A DNA stretch of 64,000 bases from Hyaloraphidium curvatum SAG 235-1 (lineage: Eukaryota; Fungi; Monoblepharomycota). Where the stretch lies: the NCBI GenBank assembly GCA_025558095.1, contig JAIVFI010000007.1, positions 806,001-870,000 of the forward strand, given 5' to 3'. Under the pieces are notes generated by a model, which searched no databases, was not told where the DNA came from, and saw nothing but the letters and a program-made list of their open reading frames with translations. The position numbers and the translations under genes were made by a program. Of this stretch, positions 8,535 through 22,092 are shown in pieces. Each line of letters opens with the position of its first letter. Within the stretch, counting starts at the first letter, position 1.

Positions 8535-11500
8535 ATGTCCGATAAACAGCGACGCGCGGCGGTCGAGCGCCAGCGCGCCGCGGCGGCGGGGAGGGCGTGG
8601 TGGACGCTTCCGAGCGGCGACGCGGCGGCGGCGTGGAGCACCGGTGGGCCGTCCGCGCGGCGCCGCGCAACTCCGCTTATCTCGACCGCAGATGCCGAGC
8701 GCGGACTGGAGCCGGCGGAGGCGGCGGTGGGTTTCCGAGGCTTGCGGCGGGGTTCCGGGAGCGGGAGAGCGCGCTGGCCGGGGTCGCCGGGAGCGGAGTG
8801 TTGGGATCCCCGGTCTTCCTCGGCCTTCGACCGGTCTCCCGGCCGCCGGCCCCCTTTCTCGCATGCCGCCATGGATTCCAAGACTGACGCCGAGCCCGCC
8901 GCAGAAACGCCTGGCCGAATATGGGGACAACGAGCTGTTCGGCAACACCGGCCCCTCGGCAATCAAGATCCTCCTCTCCAACATCTTCAACGCGATGAAC
9001 GTCGTGCTCAGCATCGCCATGATCATGTCGTTCGTCGTCTACGACTACGTGGGTGGTCCGCATTTCCCCTTCCTCGCCGAAGATAACACCGCCGCACCGC
9101 TCCGCCAGCCCGTCGCGGTGTCGCTGATTATCGTCATGATCATCAACATCTACGTGGGCTACATCCAGGAGTATCGGGGCGAAAAGACCATGGAAGCGCT
9201 CAAGGTGCGCCGCGGCCCGCCCGCGCGCCCTCGGATCTCTCACCTTGCCGCCCCATCCGCAGAGCATGTCGAGCCCCACCGCCCGCGTCCTGCGCCACCG
9301 CGACGTCGAGCACATCCCCACCCGCGAGGTCGTCCCCGGCGACATCGTTTACCTCGAGGAGGGCGACATCTGCCCCGCGGACCTGCGCCTCCTCTCCTCC
9401 GTCAACCTCGAGCTGGACGAGGCCTCGCTCACGGGCGAGTCGCTGCCCGTGTCCAAGAACGCCGAGCTGGTGCTGGACGCCGACATCCCCGTGGGGGACA
9501 GGAAGAACATGGCGTTCATGAACTGCGCCGTGACAAAGGGGCGCGGGCACGGGGTGGTGGTCGGTACCGGGCTGGTCACGGAGATCGGCAAGATCGCGAG
9601 CAGCCTGAGCGCCAGCAAGGCCGACAAGGGGCCGCCGCCAGGGAGGAACAGGGTCGCGTGGTTCCTGGAGGGGCTGCTAGGCTGGCACGAGAAGACGCAG
9701 CTGCAGGTGGGCGCGACTTGGCGCGTTCGCATGCCCGCGGACTGATCCGGGTCCGTGGTGCAGGTCCAGCTCGAGAAGATGATGTACTGGCTGCTCGTCG
9801 TCGCCGCCCTCTTCGGCGTGTTGGTCTTTGCCGTCAACGGCTTCGCCTTCTCGTCGTCGATGCTGCTCTACGCCGTCTCGGTCGGAGTCGCCCTGGTGGG
9901 TCCATTCCCTGTTCTCTCTCCGTTCCCCGCCTGATCCCCGCGATCCAGATCCCCGAGGGCCTCCCTGCCGTGGTCGTCGTCACGATGGCCGCGGGCGTGA
10001 AGCGCATGGCGCGCCAAAAAGCCATCGTGCGCCGGCTCAACGCGCTCGAGGCCCTGGGCCGGGTGACCGACATCTGCAGCGACAAGACGGGCACCCTGAC
10101 CGAGGGCAAGATGGTCTCGACGCGGTTCTGGGTCAGGGGGACGGACTACATCGTCAGCGGCAAGGGGCTGCTGCCCGAGGGCGTCATCATGGAGAGGGAG
10201 GGGGACAGGACGCTGACCAAGGAGGACGTCAAGGACGACGACGCCATGTGTTGGTTCGCATGCCGTTGCCGCGATATCCCAGCTCACCGTGCTATGCAGA
10301 TAAGCTCATGCTCGTCTGCAAGACCTGCATCACCTCGACGCTGTTCAAGGACGACGACGGGGTCTGGAAGTCGATCGGCGACCCGACCGAGGTCGCGCTG
10401 GACGTGCTCGCGCGCAAGGGGCTCGTGGAGGACGACCCGTTCGTCAAGGAGCTGACATTCCTCGGCGAGCATCCGTTCGATCCGACCCTCAAAAGGATGA
10501 CGGTGCGTTTCCTCCCGCCAACCTCCTCTTGAGCCGCCGTTGACGTCATTCGATGCAGGTCGTGTACCTGCACGCGCCGTCCGGTACGGTCTACTTCTTC
10601 TACAAGGGCGCCCTGGAGCGCGTGCTCGAGATCTCCAGCTCGTTCGTCTCCGAGTCGGGCGATGTCCGCGAGATGCACGCCGACGTGGCCGCGGACGCCG
10701 ACGACAAGATGCAGGAGATGGCCGGCGACGCCCTCCGCGTACTCGCGCTGGGCTACCGCGTCGAGAAGCTGCCCGACGCAGCGGACACCAGCAAGCCCGA
10801 GGAGCTGATGAAGGCCGCGGGCTGGGCCGAGCGCGAGGCCGCCGAGCGGGGGGCCACATTCCTCGGCCTCGTCGGGATGTTCGATCCGCCGCGGAGGGAG
10901 ACCAAGCCGGCCGTGGTGATCTGCAGGGAGGCGGGGATCCGCGTTCGGATGGCCACCGGCGATCACCCCAAGACGGCCGAGGCGATCGCCAAGCAGGTCG
11001 AGATCATCGAGCCGGGCGAGCCGGGGCTGGTCATGCCGGCGGCTCAGTTCGACAAGGTGGGATGGATCGTCGAGATCCGTGCTTCGAGGAGCTGACGGCT
11101 TCTCGCGATCGCAGCTCGATGCTGCCGCGGTTGACGCCATGCCCGAGCTGCCCGACGTGCTGGCCAGGTGCTCGCCCATGACCAAAGTGACTCTGGTCGA
11201 AGCCCTTCACCGGCGCGATCGGTTCGTCGTCATGACGGGCGATGGGTCCAACGATGCCCCCGCCATCAAGCAGGCCGACGTCGGGATCGCCATGGGCATG
11301 GGCGGATCGGAGGTCACGAAGCAGGTGGCTGCCATTGTGCTCACGGATGGTGGGCCGCCCGCATTGCTGTCTTGAACGCCGGCTGATCTTTTCCCGCAGA
11401 CAACTTCGAGACCATCGTCAACGCCGTCGCCCAAGGTCGCCGGATCTTTGCCAACATCAGCAAGTTCATCGTGCACCTCCTGTCCTCGAACGTGGCCGAG

Positions 11501-12674
11501 GTCATCGCTCTGGTCGCGGGGCTGGCCTTCAAGGACCGCTTCGGGAACGCGATCTTCCCTCTGTCGCCGATCCAGATTCTCTGGTGGGTTTCCCTTCCCA
11601 CGAGTCTTCGAACTTGTCTCACGTCCAATTGGTCGCTCAGGATTAACATGTTCACGAGCTCGCCCATCGCGCTCGCCCTTGGGATCGAGAAGGCCGACCC
11701 CGACATCATGCTCCGGCCCCCGCGGCTCAAGCACGAGGGCCTCTTCTCCAAGGAGGTCCTGTTCGACACCTTCGTCTACGGCATCGTCATGGGGATCGCG
11801 ACCCTGGGCACCTTCGTCGGGGTGCTCTACTCGATGATCCTGCCCCAGGAGACGGGCGACTGCAACAAGGGCTACACCGAGCCGTCGTGCACGCCCGTGT
11901 TCAAGGCGCGGGGGGCGGCGTTCGTCAACCTGACGTTCTTCCTGCTCATCCACGGGATCAACTGCCGCGACGTTGGTGTTTTGTTCTGAGCTGCCGTGCG
12001 TCATCTCTGACGGGTCCTCCTATTAAGTTCCGCCGCTCGATCTTCAAGATGCGGCTCCTGGAGAACAAGGCCCTGCTGTACATTATCCTCGTCGCCTTTG
12101 TCTTGACCACCGTCACCATCTACATCCCCTGGCTCAATGTTAGGTACGTCGATCCTGCGGGCTTCGGTTCGCTATTTGCTCACCGCGACCCACGTCTAGC
12201 GTGTTCATGCAAGAGCCGCTCACGTGGGAGTTGGGCATGATCGCCGGCTGCCAGCTGGTCTTCCTCGCCCTTTCCGAGCTCTACAAGCTGAGCAAGCGGC
12301 GCATGGCCTTCTGGAACCCCGACGTCAAGGAGGATGGCTACCGTCCCGGCGAGGGCGAGGAGTTCCGGCGCGAGCTCACCACCGAGGGCTTCGTCAAGTA
12401 CCGCACCCGCGTCTGGGGCCTGGGCTACCCGCTGCGGATCCTGTCGCGGATCTCGGTCGCGTCGCGCAACTCGCAGGACCAGGGGCTGCCCCCGCCGCGG
12501 CCGCCGCCGTTCGTCCCGGCCACGATCAACATCGACGACAACGATTCGCTGGCAGGAAGCGAGCGCAACCCGACCTTCTCGCCGAGCATCCGCTTCCAGG
12601 ACGAACTTCCGGATGCGGGCAGCGGCAGGATGCCGACCTTTACGCAGAGCATCCGCTTCGTGGAGGACGTCTGA
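8535..12674 (+). CDS. P-type ATPase, probably ENA-type (P2D) Na+/K+ efflux ATPase, multi-exon
   Basis: [99 protein letters not shown]. Many short GT-AG introns. ENA subtype inferred from motif style. Confidence 0.92.
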
Positions 12675-12965
12675 ATGGGAACTTTGGAGAGCGACAGGGA
12701 GCCGGGATGAGGTTAGGAATTGGCCTTGAGCTTCTGAACACGCAATACATCTTGTGGATTGTCATTGCATCCGAGTGAATTCTTGCTCCCTCACCATTCA
12801 AGGGGCGCATGGTCAAGCACAATCTGGTCCCATCCCTCCAATGAATCCAAAAAATACATATTGACGACAGAGAAGCTCTCCCCGCCGTGCGAAACCATGC
12901 GCCTCCGTTGGGCAAGACAACCCCGGCCGACGGTTGCCTCGCGCCCGATCGCTAAAACAAGCCGT

Positions 12966-14264
12966 CTATGCTCGCTTCGTGACCGTCTTGGTCTTGGTCT
13001 TGGTCGTTGTCTTGGTTTTGAGCACCGTCCTGACGCTGGACACCGTCTTGACGCTGAACACGGTCGTCGGCACGGGCACATAGTACGTCGTTGGCGACGG
13101 CACGGTGAGCGTCGTCGGCACAGTGATCCGGGTTGTGACGACGGCGGTCGAGACAGAGGTGGAGGTGACGAAGGCCAGGTAGGTGGAGACGGAGGTGGAC
13201 ACCGAGACGGTAGTCTTGACCGAAGTGGAGGTGACAGTCACGTCGGGCACCTCCTGTAAGGGTAATGCGATCAGAGGGTTGATCGACGGACGGGGCGGTC
13301 CACGGAACAGGTGGAGGGGAACCCACATCCTGGCACTTCGACTTATCGGTGTAGAGGAACTTGACATTATCCGGGCCGACGAGGACGGGGTCGTAGACGA
13401 CACTGAAGGCCTGGCTGTTCCATGAGATCCTGCAGTAGCCCTGGCCGTCCCCATCTTTCCCATAGGCGGGGAAGTCCATGAATCCGATGATCCAGCGCCA
13501 GTCGGCGCCATTGTTCGGCGGCTGCATGGCACCCCTGATCTTGGCCGCGCAGATGACCCGGTCTAAGCCATCGCTGGACTTGGCGGCGGCGACATAGGAT
13601 CCTGGGGGGAATCGGCCCCCCCAGTCGGCCCAGAACATGGACCCCGCAACGACGGTAGGATCGATGATCTCGAACTGCCCTTCCTCCGCGTAGAAGTTGC
13701 CCCCCGGGGGACCGGGATCGCGGCCTGGCCTCGAGGCTGTGTTTGATAGCGGGTAAGAATAAGCATTGGAAGCCGTTCCGATCGCGTGAGGAACGCACCA
13801 AAGAAGCATCTCGCCGGTATGTTCCGATCCTTCAAGTGGTAATCACTGAGCCATCCCGCGATAGGGCCTTTGTGGCCGCTTGGGGTCGTCACACCGGACG
13901 TCACCCTGCAGGGCATCAACCTCTCGCGGTCACCTATACCCGCATTGAAACAGATGAAGGTGGCCCAGATGTTGCCGCGGAGGTTGGAGATGTCGGAGCA
14001 GCCCGTCGGTCCGAACAGGTCCTTGTGGGATTGCCTATCTTTTGAGTAGGTTACCCATTTCAAGGCCTCCGGGTGGTTCTCGGCGCGGCAGATCGGAGGG
14101 TTGTTGACCACGAGGCCCTGCACGGGACCCGGGAAGGTCGCGATGGCAAGCATCGCGAGGGCCGCGAAGGCTGTCGCGGCGCCACGGGCTGCTGCGCGTG
14201 ATTGCCGGTGGCCGTCGGTGAGCGTCACCCCGGCCGACGTTCCGCGGGACGCACCCGCGGGCAT
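12966..14264 (-). CDS. Secreted Cys-containing protein with DM9-like repeat(s) and Thr/Val/Lys-rich tail, 3 exons
   Basis: Hydrophobic signal (AATAFAALAMLAIATFPGPVQG). WADWGGRFPPGSYVAAAKSSDGLDRVICAA..GYCRISWNSQ resembles DM9. Last exon is TVTSTSVKTT..KTKTTTKTKTKTVTKRA*. Confidence 0.6.
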
Positions 14265-14334
14265 GACGCTTGCTTGCTGCGGGTCGGGCGCCTACGTAGG
14301 AAGCTGCGCAGTGAAGCGATGCCCGAATCGCAAG

Positions 14335-14387
14335 AAGTCAGTCAGTCACGTTCGGCTTGATTGACTGATTTGCTGACTGACTGACTT
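14335..14387. repeat. Inverted (AGTC)n/(GACT)n repeat in a divergent promoter
   Basis: AAGTCAGTCAGTCA ... TGACTGACTGACTT form complementary arms around a ~25-nt spacer. Confidence 0.7.
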
Positions 14388-14870
14388 TCCGAACCATCGT
14401 CCCGCGCGGATCGGCGGACCATCATGAGGGCGAATGCCCCAAGACGAGACGGTGGAAAGAAGCGTATGAAACTTTTCCGCTCCGTTCCAGGGTCGAGAAG
14501 GCGCAATCGCGGTCAATCTGGCGCGAGAAGCGCGGTTGTCCCTCGGCGATCCGATCGGCGAGAGTCAGGCAGTCAGTCAATAACACCCGATTCGGAAACC
14601 AACAGCCTTCATCCATAGAAGAGCACCTCTGTCGTCAGATCATGACTCGAAACTGATTGATGTTTACCTTAGCTTCGGGGAAGATGACGACGGTGAACGT
14701 CCCCCGTATCCAATTGCGTCACGAGTTTCCTCACGAATCGGAGCTGAAATGTCTTCCGGAGGCTCATTCGCCAGTCCAACCGACCTTCTGTTTGGCTGAT
14801 GGCGAGAGCTGCCGGTGCTCCCTTCTGGGCTTCAGTTCTCGCATGGTGGCAAAGGACGGCTCCCTTCTAT

Positions 14871-15554
14871 ATGCCCTCCGCCGCGCGCGTCTTCCTCGTC
14901 GCCGCCATCGCTGCCTCCGTCTCCCGCGCGCCGCTATTCCGCTCCGCCGCCCCGGCCGCCCGCATGGCGTCCTCGCTGCCCCGCGGCGCCGCGTCGCCGG
15001 CAGACGTTCTCGCGTTCTGGTTCCCCGAGCAGCCGCCAACCAAATTCCGCAAAGAGTGGTTCCAAAAGGACGCCGAGTTCGACAAGGCTTGCGCCTCGTT
15101 CGTGCCGACGCTCGATGCCGCTGCCCGGGGCGAACTCGACGCGTGGAGAAAGGAACCGAAGTCCGCGTTGGCGCTCATCATCGTGGCGGATCAATTCCCG
15201 CGCAACGTGTACCGCGGCACCGCCAAGGCCTTTGCGACGGACCCGCTGGCGTTGTCCGTGGCCAGGGAGGTCGTGGAGAAGGGCTGGATGAAGGAGCTCG
15301 TGCCGTACGAGCGGTGGTTCGTCCTTTTGCCGTTCGAGCACTCGGAAAACATAAAGGACCAGGACGAGAGCGTGCGTCTGGCGACGGATCTGGTTGCTGA
15401 CCACGCCGAGTCGGCGCCGGCGCTCCGGTTCGCGGAGCAGCACAGGGAGGTGATTGCGAAGTTCGGGAGGTTCCCGCACCGCAACGACGCGCTGGGGCGG
15501 AAGTGGACGGACGAGGAGCGCAAGTACATTGCCGAGGGCGGGCACGCTTTCTGA
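14871..15554 (+). CDS. DUF924 family protein, possible N-terminal targeting peptide, intronless
   Basis: VLAFWF, WFQKDAEFD, LALIIVADQFPRNVYRG, LPFEHSE, HREVIAKFGRFPHRN. Confidence 0.9.
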   Translation: MPSAARVFLVAAIAASVSRAPLFRSAAPAARMASSLPRGAASPADVLAFWFPEQPPTKFRKEWFQKDAEFDKACASFVPTLDAAARGELDAWRKEPKSALALIIVADQFPRNVYRGTAKAFATDPLALSVAREVVEKGWMKELVPYERWFVLLPFEHSENIKDQDESVRLATDLVADHAESAPALRFAEQHREVIAKFGRFPHRNDALGRKWTDEERKYIAEGGHAF

Positions 15555-15666
15555 TTCTCTTGTTTGGGTTGGGGGAGGATCACACTTGGGAACATGACAG
15601 CTTTGTTCACGACGGGCGATCTACATCGGGCGCGAAAGCGCAACACAACACGAATCCTTCTTCTCT

Positions 15667-17070
15667 CTATAGCTCCTTGCTCTCGCTCCTTGCCGCCCTC
15701 TGGGCGCGATCGCGTTCATCCTCCTCCTCGTCCTCCTCCCCCTCCCGACCGTGCCTGCGCTTCGCGGCGCGGCGATCGGCCTCCGGCCCCTCGTCGTCCG
15801 AATCCGCGAAGAGGTCGGCCGCGGCGCGCTTGGCCGCCGCGGAGGCGGACCCGGACCCCTGCTTGGCCCCGGCCTCGTCCTCCTCCTCCTCTTCGGCGGG
15901 GTCGTACTGCTTCCACAGCACCGGCCTGAGCTCGCGAAACTTGGCCAGGAACGCGGCCCTCTTCGCCTCCGCATCCATATCCTCCCGCTTGCGGAGGGGC
16001 GCCCAGATGTTGGAGACGGCGTTGGAGTAGCGCTTCTTGCGGCGCAGCTGGTGCAGGCGCTGCTTCAGCGTCTCGGGATCGCCGGCGTGGACGCGCTTCA
16101 TCTCGGCCTCGATGAGGAAAGTCGGGCCGTTGGAGGGGGCCACGCGGGCGGGGATGTCGGTGCCGGGGCTGCGGGGCGGTGTCAGCGCAAGAGCACAGGG
16201 GAACGCCGCGAGGGAGACCTACGTCTGCGAAGGAGTGCCGTCGGCAGGGCGCTGGGCAGGCACGGCGGGCTTCTTGGAGGCAGGGGCAGCCGGGTCGGCA
16301 GCCTTGGCGGTGCTGGCGGGCTTGACGACGGCGGAGGCCTGCGCCGGCTGGCCGGGGCGGGGCGTCGGCGTGCTCTCGAACTGCTTGGGCTTGGGGGCCG
16401 CGCCGGCAGCGGGCTCCTTGGGTCTGGGGGCCGTTCCGGAGGCGGGCTCCTTGCCCTTGATCGAGGCGATGGTCGACGGGTGGGGCAGCGGGGAGGGCGA
16501 CCTCTCGCGCTCGAAGCCGGCGGGCCCTGCGTCGGGCGGCGGCGTGGCCGGCGCGGCGTCGGGGATCGCGGGCTGCCCGTTCACGATCCTGGTGATCGCG
16601 GCCAGCTGCTCCCTCACGGCGGCGGTCTCGGCCGTGGCGCGCTCGGCCGCCCGCAGGGCGGCGGCTGAAACGGCCTTCTCGTCGTCGACCTCGGCCCTGA
16701 GCGTGGTCACCGTGGCCTTGAGCTCGGCGTTCTCGGCGGCGAGCCGCGAGTTCTCGGCCTCCTTGGTGGCGAGGATCTGGTGGAACTGTACCCGCGTCGG
16801 CATTCCCGGTCCGCGCGGCAAGCGTGCTGAGGTACCCACCTTGGTCTTGGCAACCCGCAAGGTCTCCTCGACAATCTCGTCGACCTCGCCGCAGCCCTGC
16901 CCGAGGGCGGCCACCATCGGAGCGAGCGGGTTGCCGGCGGGCATGGCAGCGGCGTGGGGAGCCGGCTGGATGGCGTTCATGTGAGCGGGGATGCTGCGGG
17001 AATGCCGGTTGAGAGGCCGTCGCTGCGGGCTGCCTGGGCGGGCGCGGGCTCACCTGTGCGCGCCGTCCAT
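15667..17070 (-). CDS. Micro-exon coiled-coil family, copy 1
   Basis: First exon ATGGACGGCGCGCACAG|GTGAGC. MNAIQP.., coiled coil (KEAENSRLAAENAELK), C-terminal domain GPTFLIEAEMKRVHAGDPETLKQRLHQLR..LWKQYDP, AKRR NLS. Confidence 0.7.
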
Positions 17071-17500
17071 GGTCGGCGTCGACGTGGGCGGGTGCAACGT
17101 TTGGCTAAGTGTTGGAAGTGCGTTCCGTGTGATGGAACGGCGAGAATGGCACGGCACTTTTATGTTCGGATGGCGGAGACTCAGTTCCTGGGAGCTCACA
17201 GAAACTGATCACTGGTCGGCACGTGGGCACGAAACCAATCACACGATGCGGCGAGCGACAGACGCAAGGAGCATGGCAGATTGCTTTTGCTTGCTTCTCA
17301 AAGACTAACCTTTGTCCTCAAGGCGCATTCTGGAAATCGAACGCGCGACAGAGCTCGACGACAGAAACGGCTCCGATCTACGACGGAAGCAGGCCCGCAC
17401 CGGAGCTAGCACGAATAAAACATTGATTGATACTGAGCATGACAAACGATCCGAAAGCAACCACAGTCCTACGATCCGTCCCCGTCCCCGTCTCCGGCCC

Positions 17501-18773
17501 TCACTGGCCCCACTCGAGCTCGTAGGCCAGCGAGTGCCCGATCAGCTCCGAGAACCTGGCCTGCTGCCTGACCGCCAGCCTGCGGCGGACCTGCCCCGGC
17601 ACCAGCGCGTCGAGCACCTTGGCCAGCGAAAGCGGGCGGCCGTCGGGGCCGGCCTGGGCCTGCGTGAGGTCGGCGTCGACGTGCGCGCGGAGCTGGCCCG
17701 AGGTGCGAAGGAGGGCGAGGAGGTCGGCGAACTGGAATGGGAAGGGGGTCAGAGGGAGCTGCGGGAACGGGGCAACGGACGATGCCCACCGCGGAGAGGA
17801 AGTTGTCGTCCCACTGCGACGCCCAGTTGGCGGCGGGCAGGAAGTCGAGCAGGTGCACGAGCTGGTAGTTGAGGTGCGTCCACAGCTCCTCCCCCGTGAG
17901 CGTGATCTCCGCGTTGTCAATCACCCGGTGCATCCTGACGGACCTGAGCCTGCCCGCGTCGGCGGCGCGCGACTGCAGCTCCTCGAGCAGTTTCTTAGTG
18001 TTGACCAGCCGCAGCACCGACGGGAAGGCCTCGATGTGCCGGTACTCGTCCTCGGTGAGCAGGCCCTTGAGCTCGGGCACCTTGTCCACGGTCATTGGGA
18101 AGAAGTTGGTCCCCACGCCCATGATGCTGTGCAGCAGGAGCACGCGCGGCGAGGGCCCGCGGAAGTGGCGCTGGGAGTACTCGAAGCAGAAGCGGAGGTG
18201 GTCCAGGAACCCCCCGTCGGCGTGCTCCATCCGGAAATCGCACCGGTCCCTCATGAAGTCTATCACGTTCTGGTCGGGCCGCAGGACGATCCCCGGCAGC
18301 TTGGCCTCGCCGGGGACCTTGGCCTCGCCGCGGAAGCAGGTCGGGCAGCCGCCGGCGGCGTCGGCGGCGTCCAGGGCCCGCTGCACCTGCTCGGCGGCGC
18401 GGTCGCTCCAGAACAGCTCGACACCCAGGCGGTGCTTGAGCGCCACGCGGGCCGGGAGCGACTCCACCGAGAAGAAGATCGTCTTATCGAGGTCGAAACC
18501 CTCCTGGGGGGCAGCGCGAACGTCGCCGCCGTGGTCCATCGCCTTGCCGAGGGCGAGCTGGGCCTTGCGGCGCACGTCGAGGATACCGAAGGGGATCGAC
18601 GCGTCGCTCAGCGCCGCGATGCTGTCGGCCGACGCGGGAGGGAGGTACGCGGGGCGGGCGGAGGGCTTGCGGCGCCGCAGGAGGCGGGCGGCGGCCGCGG
18701 CGGCGACCAGCACGACGGCCAGCTGGCCGAGACGCGAGGAGCGGAGGGCGGCGAGGAGGTCGGAGAAGGCCAT
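17501..18773 (-). CDS. Conserved hypothetical protein, DUF6817-like His motifs, N-terminal hydrophobic anchor
   Basis: HADGGFLDHL..LLLHSIMGVGTNFFP. Intron 17789-17732 restores the frame to ..YELEWGQ*. Confidence 0.65.
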
Positions 18774-19394
18774 TGCGTTGTGTGACGAGCAGTGAGGGCC
18801 CTGCGTCCAGTGACGGAGAGTGAGCGACCAGGGCCCGGTTTTATGCCTGGCGCGTGGCTGAAGTCGGCAGCGTTCCCGCCCGTCGGCTCACATTCCGACG
18901 CCGGCCGGCATGACGAAATGCTCTCGGAAACCGGCCAAGCGAGTGAGAATGATTTTCGGAAACGGCCGTCCTTCTTTCGGCGTCTTGTCGGGCCAGATTG
19001 CGGGAGGGAGGAATGCCACGTAGACGATTCGGCACCGACACCATTCCCTCTAGGGGTCTAGGGGTGAAGGATCTGCCCAGTGCGAAATATCGGCACGTCG
19101 AAGAGGGGTGGCTGACGGCGACGGCAACCTGGCAGATGCCAGGGCCGACCGAGCGGGAGGCATGGTGACGTGGGGGGCGTCCGGCTCCGGAGCGGCGCAG
19201 AGCTACGTCGCCCTCGCAAAACGGCTTCAAAGACGTAGATTTGCCCCACGATGATGTGCGGCAGCCGCCACTGGGGCCAATCAGCCTGGGTGAGCGCAAG
19301 TTGTCTGTTGTTTGCGCGCCGCGCCCGCGTCCGATCTGACGATCCGCCCGCGCGCTGTTCGGAAGACGCGCGGCCGCCTTCCGCCGCGCAGTCG

Positions 19395-22021
19395 ATGCGC
19401 GTTTCGCGCTTCGGAAGCCTCGTCCAGCAACTTTCACGCGCCGCCGGTGTTCCGCCGGCCCGCGCGCCCGCGCCCCGGCCGGCGCGGACCGTCACGTCGC
19501 CCCGCCCTTTCGCGGCCATCCCGAACCCCGTCTCCACCAAAATCACCCCGTCTCTCCCCGCGATTCGCACGATGTCGTCGTCTTCGTCCGCGGAACCCGC
19601 CTTCACGAACCGGCTGGCCCGGGAAAAGTCGCCCTATCTGCTCCAGCACAAGCACAACCCGGTTGACTGGTATCCGTGGGGCCCGGAAGCGTTCGAGAAG
19701 GCGCAGAAGGAAAACAAACCCATCTTCTTGAGCGTGGGATACTCGACGTGCCACTGGTGGGCATCTTGTCCCCTTTGAGGCCGAACCGCGCTCACCAGTC
19801 CGCTCAAGGTGCCATGTGATGGAGCACGAGAGCTTCGAGAGCCAGATGACGGCGGACATCATGAACCGGCTCTTCGTCAACGTCAAGGTCGACCGCGAGG
19901 AGTTCCCCTCGGTGGACAAGTTTTACATGGCCTTTGTGCAGGCCTCCACGGGCCACGGCGGCTGGCCCATGAGCGTCTTCCTGACCCCGGACCTCAAGCC
20001 CTTCTTCGGGGGCACTTACTTCCCACCCGACGGGCAGGGCTCCTTCACCAAGGTGCTCAACCACATCGCGGGCATGTGGCGCACGGACCGCGACAAGATC
20101 GAGCGCTCTGCCGGCGAGATCCTCGGCTTCCTGTCGCAGAACGGCACGGGTTCCGAGCCGCCCCCCCTGTCGCGCGGGCAGGCCGGCGGGTTCGCCGAGC
20201 GCATGTTCGGGTGGATGGAGCAGGGGTTCGACGCCAAGTGGGGCGGCTTCGGCCGCGCGCCAAAGTTCCCCACGCCGCCGCAAATGGTGTTCCTGGCCAA
20301 GGCCGCGTCGCGCGGGCCGGCGCTGCGGGCCGTGCTGGAGGACGATGCTAAGGTGAAGGCGCTGGCGGAGAGGCTGGAGGTGTCGCCGGGGGACGTGGAG
20401 GAGGAGATCGGGGGGCGGGCGGAGGCGGCGGAGACGGCGCTCGAGATGCTGAGGTTCACGCTGGAGAAGATCGCCGACGGCGGGATCCACGACCACGTCG
20501 GGCACGGCTTCCACCGCTACTCGGTCGACGGCGAGTGGCACGTGCCGCATTTCGAGAAGGTCGGTTCCTTGAGTTCGCTGTGGATGCCCGGGCTAACGGG
20601 ATCCGCAGATGCTGTACGACGAAGGGCAGCTCGCGACGCTGTACGCCCTCACCCACCTCCTCTCCGCCGGCGGCGACCCGCAACCCCCCGAGCACGACTT
20701 TTCCCTCGTCGCCTCCGATATCCTCAAGTACCTCTCCACCAACCTGCTCTCCCCGCTGGGCGCCTTCTTCTGCGCCGAGGACGCCGACTCGCTCCCCACG
20801 GCGGGCGCGTCCAAGAAGCGCGAGGGCGCCTTCTGCGTCTGGACCGAGAAGGAGATCCGCGACGCGCTGGTCAAAGGCGCCGGCATGGGCCTCAAGGAGG
20901 TCGAGGTTTTTGAGCACTACTACGATGTCAAGAGCGGGGGCAACGTGCGGCCGGGGCCAACGGATCCGCACGGCGAGCTGCGCGGGCAGAACGTGCTGCG
21001 GGTGCTCAGGCCCGTGGCCGAGGTCGCGGCCAAGTTCGGCATCCCCGAGGAGGAGGTCCGCGCGATCGTGGCCAAGGGCACCGCGCAGCTGGCCGAGGAG
21101 CGCAAGGCCCGGCCGCCGCCGCACCTGGACGACAAGATCCTCGTGGCGTGGAACGGGCTCGCCATCTCGGGGCTGGCAAAGTGCCATGTGCACCTGGTCC
21201 CCGACCTGGCCAGCTCCGAGTACCTCGAGCGCGCCCTGGCGGCCGCCGACTTTCTCCGCTCCGAGATGTACGACCCCGCGACGCACCAGCTCACCCGCGT
21301 GTACCGCGAGGGCCCCGGCATCTCCCGTGGCGTCGCGGAGGACTACGCCTTCCTGATCCAGGGCCTGCTCGACCTGTACGAGGCCCTCGTGCTGTCCGGC
21401 GGCGACCCCGCCCGCGCGGACGGGTACCTCCTCTGGGCCGCGGACCTGCAGGACCACCTGGACGCCAACTTCTGGGACGGCGCCGGGTGCGGGTACTTCA
21501 CCGGCGCGCGGAACCCGCGGCCGGAGGAGCAGCCGGGGGAGGCGGCGGACTACGTGCTCGTGCGGACCAAGGAGGACCACGACGGCGCGGAGCCGAGCCC
21601 GAGCTCGGTGGGGATGGCGAATCTGGTGCGCCTGGAGGGGATGGTGCCGCTGCGGGCCAAGGAGGCGGGGGGGATGGGGTACGGCGAGCGCGCGGGCAAG
21701 GTGGCGGCGGGGTTCGCGGAGCAGCTGGGCAAGTTCCCGCAGACGATGCCGCAGATGGTGGCCGCGGTCGAGGACTGGCGTTGGGGGCTCGAGAACGTGG
21801 GTGTGCTGAGGCGGTCGTGGGCCGGAAGTCTGACCGCGCCTCGCCCGCAGGTGGTGATCAAGGATGCCTCCAAGGAGGCCCTCGCCGACCTCCGCAGGTC
21901 CAAGGTCCTCGCGCGGACCTTCGTGCTTGCCACCGAGGTCACCAAGAAGTACAACGAGCGGGTGGCCGAGGCCCTGGCGGCCGATCGGAGCGGCGTGTTC
22001 GGCGTCGCCGGCAAGCTCTGA
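19395..22021 (+). CDS. SPATA20/YyaL-like protein (DUF255 thioredoxin domain plus alpha/alpha barrel)
   Basis: [88 protein letters not shown]. Three introns. Arg-rich mitochondrial-type presequence. Confidence 0.93.
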
Positions 22022-22092
22022 AGATTTGACCCAGCGGAAGTCTTGATACGACATCTCTGTCTTGATCTTGAATCGAACGACATCACAGCATA

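Noticed and set aside
1-12674. Functional cluster of the DAB pump with the ENA Na+-ATPase
   Set aside because: Unrelated genes lie between them, and proximity alone is weak evidence in a eukaryote.
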